A DNA stretch of 64,000 nt from Geosiphon pyriformis uo1 (Eukaryota > Fungi > Glomeromycota), in the NCBI GenBank assembly GCA_016748015.1, contig JAAOMT010000561.1, forward strand, positions 70,026-134,025, in the 5' to 3' direction. Position 1 is the first letter of the stretch. The number at the start of each line of letters is the position of its first letter. The notes under the pieces were generated by a model. That model saw only the letters and a list, made by a program, of their open reading frames with translations, was not told the origin of the DNA and ran no database searches. Made by a program: the position numbers and the translations under genes. Positions 38,782 to 52,625 of the stretch are shown here, piece after piece.

Positions 38782-41700
38782 TTAGTTTTTTATTTAACAA
38801 ATGAAGTCCAAACACTATTTAGTACAATATATCAACTCAGTAATCTAAACTAGGCATGAATTATGCATTTTCTACACATGACCAGCCACTTAAGCTAATC
38901 AAAACAACACTATGTGTCTATATGAACTGAAACTACACTATCTAAACCTAAAAAAACCAACAAAAATTATGAAAACCAAAACTAACACTAATGGTGTCAG
39001 CAATACCCAACAATTTAACCACACCAGCAGAAAACATTAAAAAAAGCCCAAACACTAAGACTGGAACAGACTTATCATGCGGAATTAGTTTATTCTTTTC
39101 CATAAAAGCCTGGTGTTTAACACAAGCCAACCAAACCTCCTCCTTGAATGCAAGATCAAATCTGTGCACAAAGTTTACAACTGTTTGACTGGCAATTTTA
39201 GAATCTTTAAAAATAGAAAGAGACTCCTGATACCAATTATTGAAAACAAACCTTTTGTTTAAAGCCACACATACAGCAACATTAGAAGAACAGAAATTCA
39301 AACACTATAACACACACAAAACTGAGTAAGACAGACCAGAAATCACTTTTCAATTGGCTGTATAAGTGTTCAGCAACTGAACATAAACATCAGAATTAAA
39401 CAAGCAAGAGAAAGCATAGTCTGAAATTTCAATATTCCTACAAAACAAACATACTACACTCAGATAATTCTTGGTGTTCAAACATTTGCAAACAGCAACA
39501 GGGAGCTGGTAATGTAAAGTCTTCATAAAATAAGTGTGAGCTTCAGCAGTACTCCTACTAGTGAAACCAGAGACTAAATGCAAATTAGAATACTACACCA
39601 AGAATGACCTAAACCAATCAATATCAGCATGCAGAGTGTTCACCAAAACTTGAGAACCAGAGCCAATCTCTCAGCATGCTCAATAGACAGACCAAAATAC
39701 ATCATGAACAAAATGTTTAGAATTAGCAGAAACAATACTACCACCAACTCTAATATAACAATTAACAACATAATAAGGGAGATACCAATTAGAGAAGCAA
39801 GTAGCCTTTGCAAAAGCATTAGTACACTCATTGTCTAAAACTCCTAAATGACTCTTAATCTTATGCCAACTAACTTCTAAATTTTTTTTACAAATAACAC
39901 CCATAATGTGATGATGCTTAACCCAATACCAATTCTAGAAATCAGAACACAACAAGTCCAATTCTAATTTATATGCATTCAGAGCAGACTGACTGTCTGA
40001 GAAAATTTGAACTGAACTATAAAAGGGAATACACTCAAGTGCCAAAGCAACAGCTTGTAGCTTGGCCATAATAGAGGACACTAACCCAGAAACTTCAACA
40101 CCCAAACTCAAACCAATATTCTTAAAGAAAACTGCTGTGCCAGTCTTCATGTCTAGAGTTCCCAAACTGCTAAGAGAACCATCCATATAAACAGAAAGAT
40201 GACTAGCATTAACACCCAACAAATGGTCACAAATAACCCCAAACTCATAGAACTCAAAAATGTTCAATAAATTGATACTTATTAAAAGAGGTGAACAAAT
40301 AAAAGAAGAAAGAACACCATTAAAAAAATAAACAAAAAACTCGAACCAGTTAGGAATTGGGCCATGTGGGTCTAATCTTTTCTACTGCTTAAACATTTTT
40401 TAATCAAAAACTGTATTAGCACAATTGTGAAGCTGCTTAGCAAAAACAATTTCATACTGCTGAAGCAAAGAGACACATTTGAAAAACTTAGAACCACCAA
40501 GAACAAAAGACAAAGGAATACCACCCCAGAAACAAAAAACATTAGTTACAAAACCATTCAGAAACAGATCATACTCCAAAAAAATGTGGACTATACCAGC
40601 CAAAAAATTATTTGATGGATTAACATTAACATGAAATGGAAAAAGCAAAAGATGGTAAGGATTCCAGCTAAGCACTTGCAAATTATGTGATCTATGCACA
40701 AACAGATGACTTAGAATGCCAACTGAATTTGAAAACCAAATGACAGAAGCAGACTTGCTTTCAGCTTAAATCTATTCAAAAGTCTTTAAATTATACAATA
40801 AGAAATAATGAAGTGTATTATTGGGAAAGTTATATAGAAGACCAGATTTGGACTTTAAGCCTTTGCAAATTAAAGTATTCTACTTATTACACATACTAAC
40901 AGAAATAAAACTAAATTGAAACTTATAGCTGAAAATTGGAAAAAAAACTGCTGATACCAAATATGAGAACTGTTTATTAAAAATAGTTTTTTTCAACACA
41001 AAATTGGCAAAAAAATGAATATTCACATGAGCCTTAGTCAAGCTGGGCTTTGACAAGCCCTTAATAAACAGAAAGATATCCAGATACCAATAAAACTCTC
41101 CTTTTTTAGCAATAAAAATAGGCAGACCACTGATCAACAAGAAAGGGCATACAACTCTGCAATTAATAAGAATAGTCACAGTCTTGTTATTGTTAATTGA
41201 AATGTCATTAAGCCAAAAAAATTCACTAGCAATGTTGAAAATATGCTGAGTAATAGTTTGGCTGCCACCAACTCAAATAATATCATTGACAAACACAACA
41301 GCAGCAAAAAAAGATGTCAAACCAGCTTGAGATTCTGAGCAACCAGTTTTGGCAATAAAGTATAAATTTAACCTGTACCCATACACACTTTCTTGCCTCT
41401 TAACTTTATACAACAGAAGATCATAAAATATGCACCAAATAAGAGATAAAAATACCTCTCTTTGGTCCAAACTATTATGCATCTGATAACTACTTGTTAA
41501 CCCAAAATCAGTTATAACTCTGTTGAACCAACTGTTGTGAATGCAGCCAAAAAATTGAATGAATTTATTACATATTTTTATCCTGACTAAGCTCTTTCTA
41601 AGATGTTTTCACCTAATAGAGTCATAAGTCTTCTGCATATTCTGTAAGACAAGCCATAATTTATAGTTCTTCTCCAAGGCATCTTTAATAACTAAACCAA

Positions 41701-44700
41701 TTGCAAAAATAGAAGATTGTGTTATTATGCCTTTTAAAACAGAAAAATTATCTCTTCTGAAAACATCAAAAACACTGCATGCTAAAAAAATCCTGTCTAA
41801 AAGAATTTTGGAAAGGATTTTACAAGCTGTTTTAATCAAAACAATTGGACAGATATTTGTGAAAACTTCCTCCCACTTATACAGTTTGGGAATTATTAAC
41901 ACTCAAGCCTCCCTCTAAAGTTTGGAAACAGACTCACAACACAAACAAGAATTCAAGAACACCAAAAGCATATCCAAAACTGACTTGTCACAATGTTTCT
42001 ATAATTTATTTGAGATGTCAGAGAAACCAGCCGCTTTCTTATCAGGCAAATTTGAAATTACACCGAGCATTTCATTGAAACCAATTGAACATATCACATC
42101 AGAGAAAGCATTATCAAAAACATATTCCAAAGGTTAATATTGGTGACACCAGTTATCAGAAATATCAGTTATTATTACATGCTTCTTAGTCCACCCCTCC
42201 ATAATCACATCCACCTTGGCCTTAACCAAATTAGAATCCAGAACCAATTTGCCATTGACAACCAGGTGATTTAGAGTAATCTTGCGAAAAGGATGCTCTA
42301 ATACACTTCTAATAGTATGACTCTTATCTAACTCAAAGCTTTCTATTCTCTTATCAATTGATGATCTGATTTGAGAAACTTTAGCATGTTTTGATTCAGA
42401 CATCTTAGAAGAATGATAAGACTTCCTAACTTTAGCCAAAACTGTACAAATAGTGTGGAAATAAGAACCTGAAAGAAAGAAAAACTTTACCACAGAGACA
42501 TTGACTGCATCCAAACTGTGTTACTTAACAAACAAAGATGCAAACTTTTTACTAAAAACCAGACGAAAGGCCTTAACAATTTTAGACACCAAAAGTTTTA
42601 GTTTGTGAAATTTGGATGACCTCTTAGTAAAAACACTATTATAGCTCTTGAACTATTTTTTCTTAAAAACTGTATTAGCTGATAGACATACTATTCTGCG
42701 AAGTGTATTCTATATTGCATCCAAGTCTGAGTGCTTCTCAGATGCAAAAAACTTATTATGAAACATAGCAGTATTCACTGCCATATTCTTTTTGAACTTA
42801 GTCTATCTGATATTATTTACATCTCTATAGTCAAATTTCCAACAATCCCTATTTACTTGTTTGTAAAAAAAGTTCAGTCACATATCAAGTAATCCACTCA
42901 AACCCACTAATACAGAAACAGTCTGATGATCAGTATCAAAAAATTCCCCAACATCAAATATATTGTAATCCACTACAGCATTAACCAAGTTTGAAGAAAC
43001 AAACAAGAAATCAATTATCTTAGCCATATCCCAAGAGTTAGTCCATGTTGGTGTTCTCACATAAAAACTCTTACCCAAGAAATTAACCAAACCAAGATCC
43101 AGACACTTTTTGAAACTGGTGCACTTATAAGAGCCATTCTCATTGAAGTTACCATCCAAAACAATAAAAAAGAATTTATTCACAGCTTTAGCAATCATAG
43201 AATTGATATTACCAGTTTGAAAGAATTGAACTACAGAAAAAACACCAGCATAGAGTCCCAGAATCAAAACAAAAAGTTTATTTTTAAAGAGTAACTTGAA
43301 AGAGAAGAGCTGACCAGATATCTCAGAAATCTTATACACATGTCTCACCAATGAATTGTCCATGATAATTGCAATACCAAAGCCCAAATAACTAGAGTCT
43401 AAACTAGAAATAAAGACCTAGACACCATCAAACTTATTTATAATCTATGAGTGGACTTTATCCTTCAACTTAGTCTCAGTAACAATAGAAATTAAATTGT
43501 TTACTTTTTTATGCCAATGAATTATATCAGTCTGTTTTACAGAATTGTTCATATCCCTAATATTACATGTGGCAATTTTTCAAACCAAATCACTCATTAA
43601 AGATTAAAGAAAACTAACAAACCCAAACCAGAACACAAATGGTCCAATCTTACCAAAACTGAATTAATTAATGCATCTAATGCCACCATTTTAAATTTCA
43701 AACCACCCATCTTGGTGGTCAGAATCTTGAAACTACTAGAGCTGAAACCAGACATATTGATATTAACACCAATAAGAGGAAGAACAGGTGGCATTAACAC
43801 ATCATTCATGGCCATATTCAAATCCAAGCCTGACTCCAAAGATGCAGAAGTAACAGAAAGGAGAATAAGAAGTGAAGATGCCAAAGACACCAACTTAATG
43901 AAGCTCAACTTTTTCAAGATACCAGAAACTTGGTTTGACAGGAGTTCTACAGAGTGTTTCAGAGAAACCAAATGGTCATACAAGTCAGAATTACCAAGAG
44001 GAACAAGAAATACAGAAGAGATCCCAGTACTAGAAGACAAACCAGTACCAGAAGAGAATGAAAGAACCACACATAAAGGAGAGCCACTAGCAACTTGGGC
44101 CCAAGTTTTACCACCAAAAAAAACTGGGTGGGCAATTGGGGCCTGCTTCTTTTTATATATATTGGCTAAATGAATCTGATCTTAAGCAGTTACCATCTGG
44201 CTACCATGAACACCTGAATTCCCACCCAAAGAACAATCACTTGAGATGTGACCAAATTGTTTACACAATACACAGCAGGTTAAAAAAAGACTAGCCCAGT
44301 GCAAATTCACACCCTTAAACACTGGAATAGAACCAATAGCAGCTAATTTGGATGCTTTATTAGCAAAACACACAATAACACATTTATTACACACATATGA
44401 ACTGGGATTATGGCCAATAAGACAAGTTTTTCCACCATATAAATCCAGTAAATCTGACAAATCATGAGCTGTGATACCAATTGGAAGAGTATACAATAAA
44501 GTCCAATGATGATCTTTTAGTACTCATATTTGTTTGTTATCAATTGCCTTTGCCATATGCACAGAATTTTTTCCCATGAAAACAGATTATTTAGTTGTGA
44601 TCAAATCAGTTAATTCAGATGATTTATACTCCATAAAAACTTTTTGCCACAAACCAACCAATTGCATCTTAATTAACATAATTCTGCTAAACTTGGAAAA

Positions 44701-45655
44701 AACAGATTTTACAGCCAATTTGAGAAAATTGACAGAAATTTTTTTGACAACAATTTCTTGATCTGAGTATTTGTTTATCTGCTTGATATTATTATTAGCT
44801 AAAATATTCTCACTGACAGCCAATTCCTTTGTCTTTTTCAAACTTGATTCAGAAGTGAATGAAGATCTGATGATCTCTGAGAATTTTAAGGGAGTTGAAG
44901 CTCCCCTAAACCCATCAACATAATAAAAATTTTTTTTTACAGTCATCAACTTGTTAATAATAGTCTTTTCAAGTACAGCTGAAATCTCAATATTAAGTAT
45001 GAAAAATTTTGTCAAATTAAAGCTCTGTTTTCCCAGAGCACATAACTCAAGCAACAGCAATTGATTGGGCCCAATAACTACATGGAAAAAAAGGTTTATC
45101 ATTACTTATATGTTTGAATAAAAGTTGCTTTGGTGGGTTGCCCAGCACATATGTCTGTATGCAAGTTTTTTTTGGCATTGCTTTATCCATATTATTGTTC
45201 TTACTAGATTCTGCATAACTGGTTTCTTCGGCAACTGTGTTTTCTATATTTTTGACATCTAAGAAACTGCTTACACTATTAAAAATGCTGCCAATTTTAC
45301 TTCCCCAGGACACCACAGGCTTAACATTGGCACCACCAATATCTTTCAAGCTCAGAGAACCAGCAAACAAATCAACCACATTATTAACTACAGACATCTT
45401 TGGCTTCTTAAACAACAAACTGTGAGAGTACATACTATTCACATGAGCTTTTTTCTTGCCATTAGACTGGGTCCCCAATCCAGTCAAATCAGCACCAAAA
45501 CCACCAGCAGAAGTGCTTACTGGATCCATAACAACAAAAAGAAAAAAGTTGGAAAAAATAATTAAAAAAGAAACAAAAAAGAAAAAAAAAAAGACCAATT
45601 AAAACTTCAATAAAATTTTGCTTTCATTATGGTCAGAAGATTAACAAGAAAAAGA
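38782..45655 (-). mobile_element. Full-length decayed LINE, copy D
   Basis: ORF1 remnants ~45529-43597 (A-type) and ORF2 remnants 43597-38910, with the shared 3'UTR. TTTTTTAGTTTTTT occurs at 38768-38781 and 45656-45669 (candidate TSD). Confidence 0.93.
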
Positions 45656-45669
45656 TTTTTTAGTTTTTT

Positions 45670-47893
45670 AAAAGTATTATTGTATTAAATATAAAAAAAA
45701 TTAATTTTAAAAATTTAAAAATTTTATTATTAAGTTTTATATTTTTAAAAAAAACTTTTAAAATTTATTAAAAATTAATAATTAAATTATTATATTTAAA
45801 GATTTTTTTATAATTAAAACCAAATAATAATTGTTTAAAAACATTATGTGTATTAAATAAAATACTATTATTAAAAAAAATTTGAAGATAAAATCTAACT
45901 TGTTAAAAAATTTTTTTACAAATTATTAAATTTACAAATACTAAGTTGGTTTTTCAATTATCTTTTATAGTTTTCTGTTAGATTAAAAATTAGTTTATTA
46001 AACAATTTTTTAACTAAAGTTATTAAAATATTTTTAGACTATAATATTTTTTTTATAAACATTTTAATTTTTGTTTTTTAGTTTTTTAATAATACTTTAA
46101 TATCTTATGTTTTGAAAAATTCAGCTTTTTTTAATGTTTTATAAGATTTAGTATTATATTTTTTAAGTAGTTTTATATAAAAAAAAGCTTAATATTTTAT
46201 TAAAAAAGCTTTTATTATTAGAAAAAACTTAATCTTAAAAGTTTTATTCTTATATAATTTATTATTATTATTATTAATTATCTAAACAAAAAAACTTTTT
46301 ATAACATATTATTATTATTTTGTTATTTTTAAGTCTTTAATATACTTAATTCCAAAAATTTTTTAAGGATAAATAAGAGTTTAATAAATATTAACTTATA
46401 TTTTTTTAATATTTATATGAATAATTCTTTGTAAAATTTAAATTTTTTCAATATAAAATATGATACTGTCATATTTTTGCTGATTTTAATGTTTTTGTTA
46501 AAGTAAAAATTAAGGATCTGATTTTATTTATATTAATAAAATTATAAACAATTGTGTTAACTTTAGAATATATTCTTAATTTTAATGTTACTATAGTTTA
46601 TTTAAATAATTAAGCTGTTTTAAATACTTGTTTATTTAAATTAAAATTAGATTTGTTTGATTTTTACAATTATTGCTAAATAAAAAGACATTATATTAAA
46701 ATTAAAAAAAAAACTTTTAAGTTATTTGGTTAAAATTTAATTATTTAAATATTATAAATAATAAGATGATTAATAAACTAATTAATATTGTATTTTGTTT
46801 AAATCTTATGCTTTTAATTTATATTTATAAAAAATATATTTAAACTAATAAAGTTGTTTTTAATAATATCAAATATTTTATTTATGATATTTTTAAATTT
46901 GTTTATTATGTTTAATAAAAAATTAGATTTAATACTATTATTATAAATAAAACTTTGTTTTAAAATATTAACTAGATTTAATTATTTTTCTGGTATTTTA
47001 ACTTTTATATGGCTGTTAATTTTACAAGTAAATTTACAATATATTTGTGTTTTTATTATATAAAGTTTTTATATTATTGCTTATTTATTATAGTTTGTAA
47101 ATATTTATATAATAAATAATATTTTAGTATTTTGTGTTTATATTATAAAAAGATTAAGTTTTTTAACCACTTTTTTTTGCATAGTAAGTTTTAATATTTA
47201 TAAAAAATTTTTGCCATTATTTGTTATTGAATAAAGATTTATATTGAATTTAAATTTACTATTATATTAAATTTTATAATTGTTTTTTTTTAATAGATTT
47301 CTTTATATTGCTATATATAAAAATTTTGTTTTTAAGAATAATATTATAAAACAATATTAGTTTTTAGTAATATTAAGTTGATTGTTAAAAAATTAATTGA
47401 TTTTGTAATTTTGTGTATAAATTAAAAATAGCTTACTATAAAGAGATTTAAATTGTCAAGTTTAAATTTAGAGCAATTTTAAAAAAGAGTAGTTTAATTT
47501 TTTATACCAATTTTATGTTTTCTGTTGTTTATGATTTTTTTTATTTTTAATAATATTATTGCTTAATATTATTAAAATATTTAGTATTTATTTTAATATA
47601 TGTAAATTGTGTATATTTTTTTAATATTAACTGTAATGTTTTTATTAAAATAAATTTATAATATTGTTTTAATTAGTTTAAATAATTGATTACATATAAA
47701 ATTTTAATAACAATATATAAATATTGAATTTAAAATTATTTTTAATAGAATAAATATTATTAAAAAACAGAAATTTTAGTAATAATATATTTTTAAATAT
47801 TTATAAACTTGTTTTTTTAAAAAAATTATAAAAATAAATTAAAATATGTAAAATTTTTGGTAAAAAACTATAATATTTAATAATTAAAAAAGC
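45670..47893. other. AT-rich spacer, probable end-stage transposon relic
   Basis: Non-repetitive and very low GC. Identity is not recoverable by eye. Confidence 0.5.
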
Positions 47894-50800
47894 AAAAATT
47901 TTTCTCTTGTCAATCCTCTGACCATGACAAAAGTGATAGCTTTCTTTTTTTCTTTTTCCCTCTGTTACATTAGTTATTTTTTCAAACACACTTAATTTTG
48001 TTGTGATAAAACCAGCAAATATGGTCACTAGTGTTTCTGGCTCTGGTTTGATTGGTTTAGAGACCTGTCTAAGTACCAAAAAGAAACATGTAGACAATAT
48101 TTACTTTCATAGTATATCTTATAAGAAGCTTAAGAAGTCTGTTGTTGGTAATATTGTTGATTCATCTGCTGATCCATTAAACTTGGCAGATATTGGTGGT
48201 ACTGATGGCAAACCTGTGGTATTCTGAAGAAGCAAAGTGGGCAGTGTCAAGAGTAGTATTAGCAGTCTTTCTAATTTGGAGAATATGAAGAACACAGTTG
48301 CAAAAAAAACAAGTTATGTAAATTCAGACAATTCTATTAGTAATAAGAACATGGGTGAAACTACTCTAAAAAAAACTCAAACTTGAATTTATGTATTGGA
48401 CCATCCACTGAAAGCACTTTTATTTAACAATATAAGTGATAATGGTAATGTTCTAAAGCTTCTTTCTCCTAAGTTTAAAGGCTCCAATTAACTGCCATAT
48501 GTTAAATCATGTATTCTGGATAGAAGGAGTTTTGAGCCAGTAAAATTGTTTATATTAGATATTGAGCTTTTGGCTATTTCAAAAAAAACTGTTAGTAACA
48601 AATTGATTTCAATAAAAAAATCTTTTATTGAGTTAATGGTTTTGGAGAAGCCTCTGCTCCTTCAAAATTCTCAGAGATTATTAAATCATCATTTACTTTA
48701 GAAATAAGCTTAAATAAGATTAAAGAAATGGCAATCTGTAAGAAAATTTTGGTAAACAATGATTTTAGAAAGCCAAATAGTCATTTAAATCGGGAAATAA
48801 TTGTCAAAGAGATTACAGTCAATCTTTCCAAATTAGCTGTGAAATCTGTTTTTTCCAAATTTAGTAAGATGGTTTCAATTAGGTTGCAATTAATTGGCCT
48901 GTAACAAAAGACTTTGGTAGAGTTTGAATTTTCTGATGTTGTCAGTTTGGTTGCATTCAAGTAATTAGTTTTCATGGAAAAAAATTCTGTGCATATGGCT
49001 TTGACTGTTGATAATAAACAATTATGGATGTTCAGAGACCAGCATTAGACTTTGTTTTATATACTTCCAGTTGGTACATTTGCTCATGATTTTTTTAGTC
49101 TGTTGGAGTTATATGATAGAAAAATGTGTTTCATTGGCCATAATCTTGGTTCTTATATTTATAATAAGTGTACTGTGATTTGTTTTGACAGTTTAACATC
49201 CAAATTGGCTGCTATTGGCTCTGTTCCAGTTTTCAAGAGTGTGAATTTACAGTGGGCTGGTCTTTTTTTGGCCTGCTGTGCTTTGTGCAAACAATTTGAT
49301 TACATCTTAAATGATTGTTTTTTGAATAGAAATTCAGGTGTTTGTGGTAGATGGGTGGTAACTGCTCAAGATCAGATTTGTTTGGCCAATATATATAAGA
49401 AAAAACAGGCTCCAATTGCCTGCCCAGTTTTTTTTGGTGGTAAAACTTGGGCCCAAGTTGCTGATAGCTTTTTTTCTTGTGTGGTCTCTTCATTCTTTTC
49501 TGATGCTGGTTCATCTTCTGGTGTTGGATTTCTTCTACTGTCTCTGCTCTCCTTAATAACTCTGATTTGTATAACTGTTTGACTTCTTTGGAATATTCTA
49601 TGAAGCTTCTGGTGGACCAAGTCTCTGGTATTTTGAGAAAGTTGAGATTTATTGAATTGGTGTCTTTGGTATCTTCTTTTCTTGTTCTTCTTCTTGTTGC
49701 TTTTGCATTTTTAGATTCAGGTTTAAATTTGGATATGACTGTGGATGGTGTGTTGGCACCATCTGTTTCTCCTATCACTGGTATTAATGTTGATATATCT
49801 GGTTTCAGCTCTAGTAGTTCCAAGGTTCTGACCACCAAAATGAGTAATTTGGAGTCTAAAATAGTGGTATTAGATGTGTCAGTTAATTTGGTTTTGGTAA
49901 GATTGAATTATTTGTGTTCTGATTTAAGTTCATTAGCTTTCCCTAATCCTCAATGAGTGATTTGGTTTGGAAAATTGCCACATGCAATGTTAGGGGTATG
50001 AACAATCTTGCAAAACAGATTAATATAATTTAGTAACATAAAGAGATGAACAATTTGATTTCTGTTGTTACTAAGACTAAGTTAAAAAATAAGGTCTGGC
50101 TATGGATCATGAATAAATTTAATGGTATCCAGGTTTTCATTTCTGGTTTGAATTCTGGTTATTTGGGTTTTGGTGTTGTAATTATTATGGACAATTCTTT
50201 GGCAAAACATATATGTAAGATAATAGACATTCCTAGCCAGCTTCTTTCTATTAGATTACTTTTTAAAAATAAACTTTCTGTGGCAATTTTGGGACTTTAT
50301 GCTGGAGCATCCATGATAATGCATTTCTCTTAGGAGGGTGTCATCAACTCTATGATTGTAAAGACTGTGAATAAGTTGTCTTTTGTCATCTTGAGAGATG
50401 ATTTCAATGAAGATGGTTCTCACAAGTGTGCCAGTTTTAGAAAGTGTCTTGATTTGAGTTTGGTCAATTCTTTGAATAGGAGCTCTTTTGTGAAGATACC
50501 AACTTGGTGCAATTCTTGAGGTGTTACTAAAATGATTGACTATTTGTTTGTTTTCTCAAATTTAGTTAATGCAATAGTAGTTCATAGTGTTGCCAATGTT
50601 GGAGATTACTTTGATACAGATTACAATACTGTTTATGTTTTTGTGGGTTTGGGTGGTTTGCTGGATATGTGACTGAACTTGTTGTGTAAGCAGGCTAACA
50701 AAGATTGTTGGAAATTTAACATCAAGCATGCTAATAAGGTGAAATGGTGTGAGTTCAGAAATGCTACAGCAGCCAATACCACTAAGTTCTTAGATAAGTT

Positions 50801-51999
50801 TGCTTTAGCCAAGAGGCTTTCAAATTTGGATACTATGTAGAACATTGTTTACAATATAATAGCTTTCTCAGCTGATAGAACTTTCAAAAAGAAATGGTTT
50901 AAAGATTATGAAGAAGTGTTTATCAAAAAATTTTCCAAGTTTCATAGGCTGGAGATTTTGGTTTCAAAGATTGTTAAGGCTTCTTGTGAGGAGGATCTTG
51001 ACCAATTTGTGTCTCTTTTGAGACACTGGGTTTTTTTTAATAGTAATAAAGCTTCTGTTGTTTGGGATCTTGTAAGTTCTAATGTGGGTTTAGATCATGT
51101 TCATTCTGCTTTCTGTGGTGCAAAGAAATCTTATCATATCCAAGCTTGTTGAATTATTGTGGACTAAAGAATCAGACATTAGATTGGCTATTGAGAAAAG
51201 AATGGAAAGTTTTGTGATCAACAAAGGCCACACAATTCATAGTGTGTTGAAATGCCTCTTTTGTAAGATGGTGTTGGACCATCTGGTTTCTGATGGTGAT
51301 TTAATTTTGGACCTGGTTAATGTTAAAGAAAAGGTTGACAGGATTATGGAAAGCTGAATAAAGAAGAGGGTTGTGCTGAGAAGTGTTCCTGAGTTGTGGC
51401 AGCATTAATATCTGCTGTTAAATTACATTAATGATGGTGCTTTTTCTGGAGTTATGGATGCCATTAGTTGTAATAAATTGGCATGTGTGGTCAAAAATCT
51501 GCTGGATAATAAAGCTGTTGGTTTGTTTGGTATTATGAACAAACTTTGGAAATATTGCAATGGTTTTATGCTCAGTTTGCTCCTGGATCTCTTGAATCTT
51601 TGTTTAGTGTGTTGTTATAGGTAAACTTGGTGGGGTAAGGAAATGATAACATTTGGTGCTCTTAAGTATTAGTAATACATGTTTTACGTAATTTCAGTGG
51701 CTTATTTTTTAATTATCAGTCTTTGAAGGTCTTATTTTACTGGTGGTAAATTTATCTGTTGAGTTCTTTGGTTATAAGGCACAGAGTTTTGGTTCTTATT
51801 AATTGCAACTTTTTATAAAGGTAAGCTTTCTTCTCTGAGCTAATGAGTGCAGTTGTTAGGATCTGGTGTTGTTTTTTTGCCCTTTTGGTAAGCTATCAAG
51901 ATAATGTTAATATCCAAAAACCTAAGAAGAGCTTCCCTTTTTTACCAGACTATCACAAAATTTATTCTCAGACAGTCAATTTTACTATGTTGCTGCTCC

Positions 52000-52057
52000 A
52001 CAAAAGAATAAAGAAAAAAAATAAAAATAAATAAAAATAAAAGAAAAATAAAAATAA

Positions 52058-52089
<32 letters not shown>

Positions 52090-52094
52090 AAAGA
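52000..52094. repeat. A-rich tract ending in a (GAAA)n microsatellite
   Basis: Directly visible. Confidence 0.9.
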
Positions 52095-52439
52095 ATTAGT
52101 ATTATCAATTGTTATAATCAAAAGTAATTAGTCCAAATTGTTAATAGTTCGAGGCAATTATGCTAAGAGCATCTGTCCTGAAATAAAGATATGAAACAAT
52201 AATTAATTCACATAAAATCCACAAAGTTTGAGAACATGAATTCATAATTCAGATTTCTTAATAATTAATTTATTTCAGAAAATAAATATGGAATATAATA
52301 AATAATAAAAGGGTATGAATATTTGATTTTTGTTTAATAGTTTGTATCTATCTGTTTTTTTTTTTCTATCTTCTATAACTACTTGCTTTTATACATTCTT
52401 TTGGTTTTACAGAATTGCTTTTGATTGTTTTGTTATTGC

Positions 52440-52625
52440 TAACTATTACTTTGTTATTTTTGTTATTGCTTCATTCTTCTATGTTATTACTAATTATTCT
52501 ATGTTATAACACATTATTTAGTGTTATTCTGTGTTATCCCACATTGTAACGTATTATCCTGTACTATTCTAAGTTATAATATATTATCCAATGTTATTAC
52601 ATACTATTTTGTATTATGTCATGTT
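52440..52625. repeat. Degenerate ~9-10-bp tandem array (TGTTATT/TGTTATC core)
   Basis: Repeats such as atgttattac, gtgttattct, gtgttatccc and gtattatcct. Confidence 0.75.
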
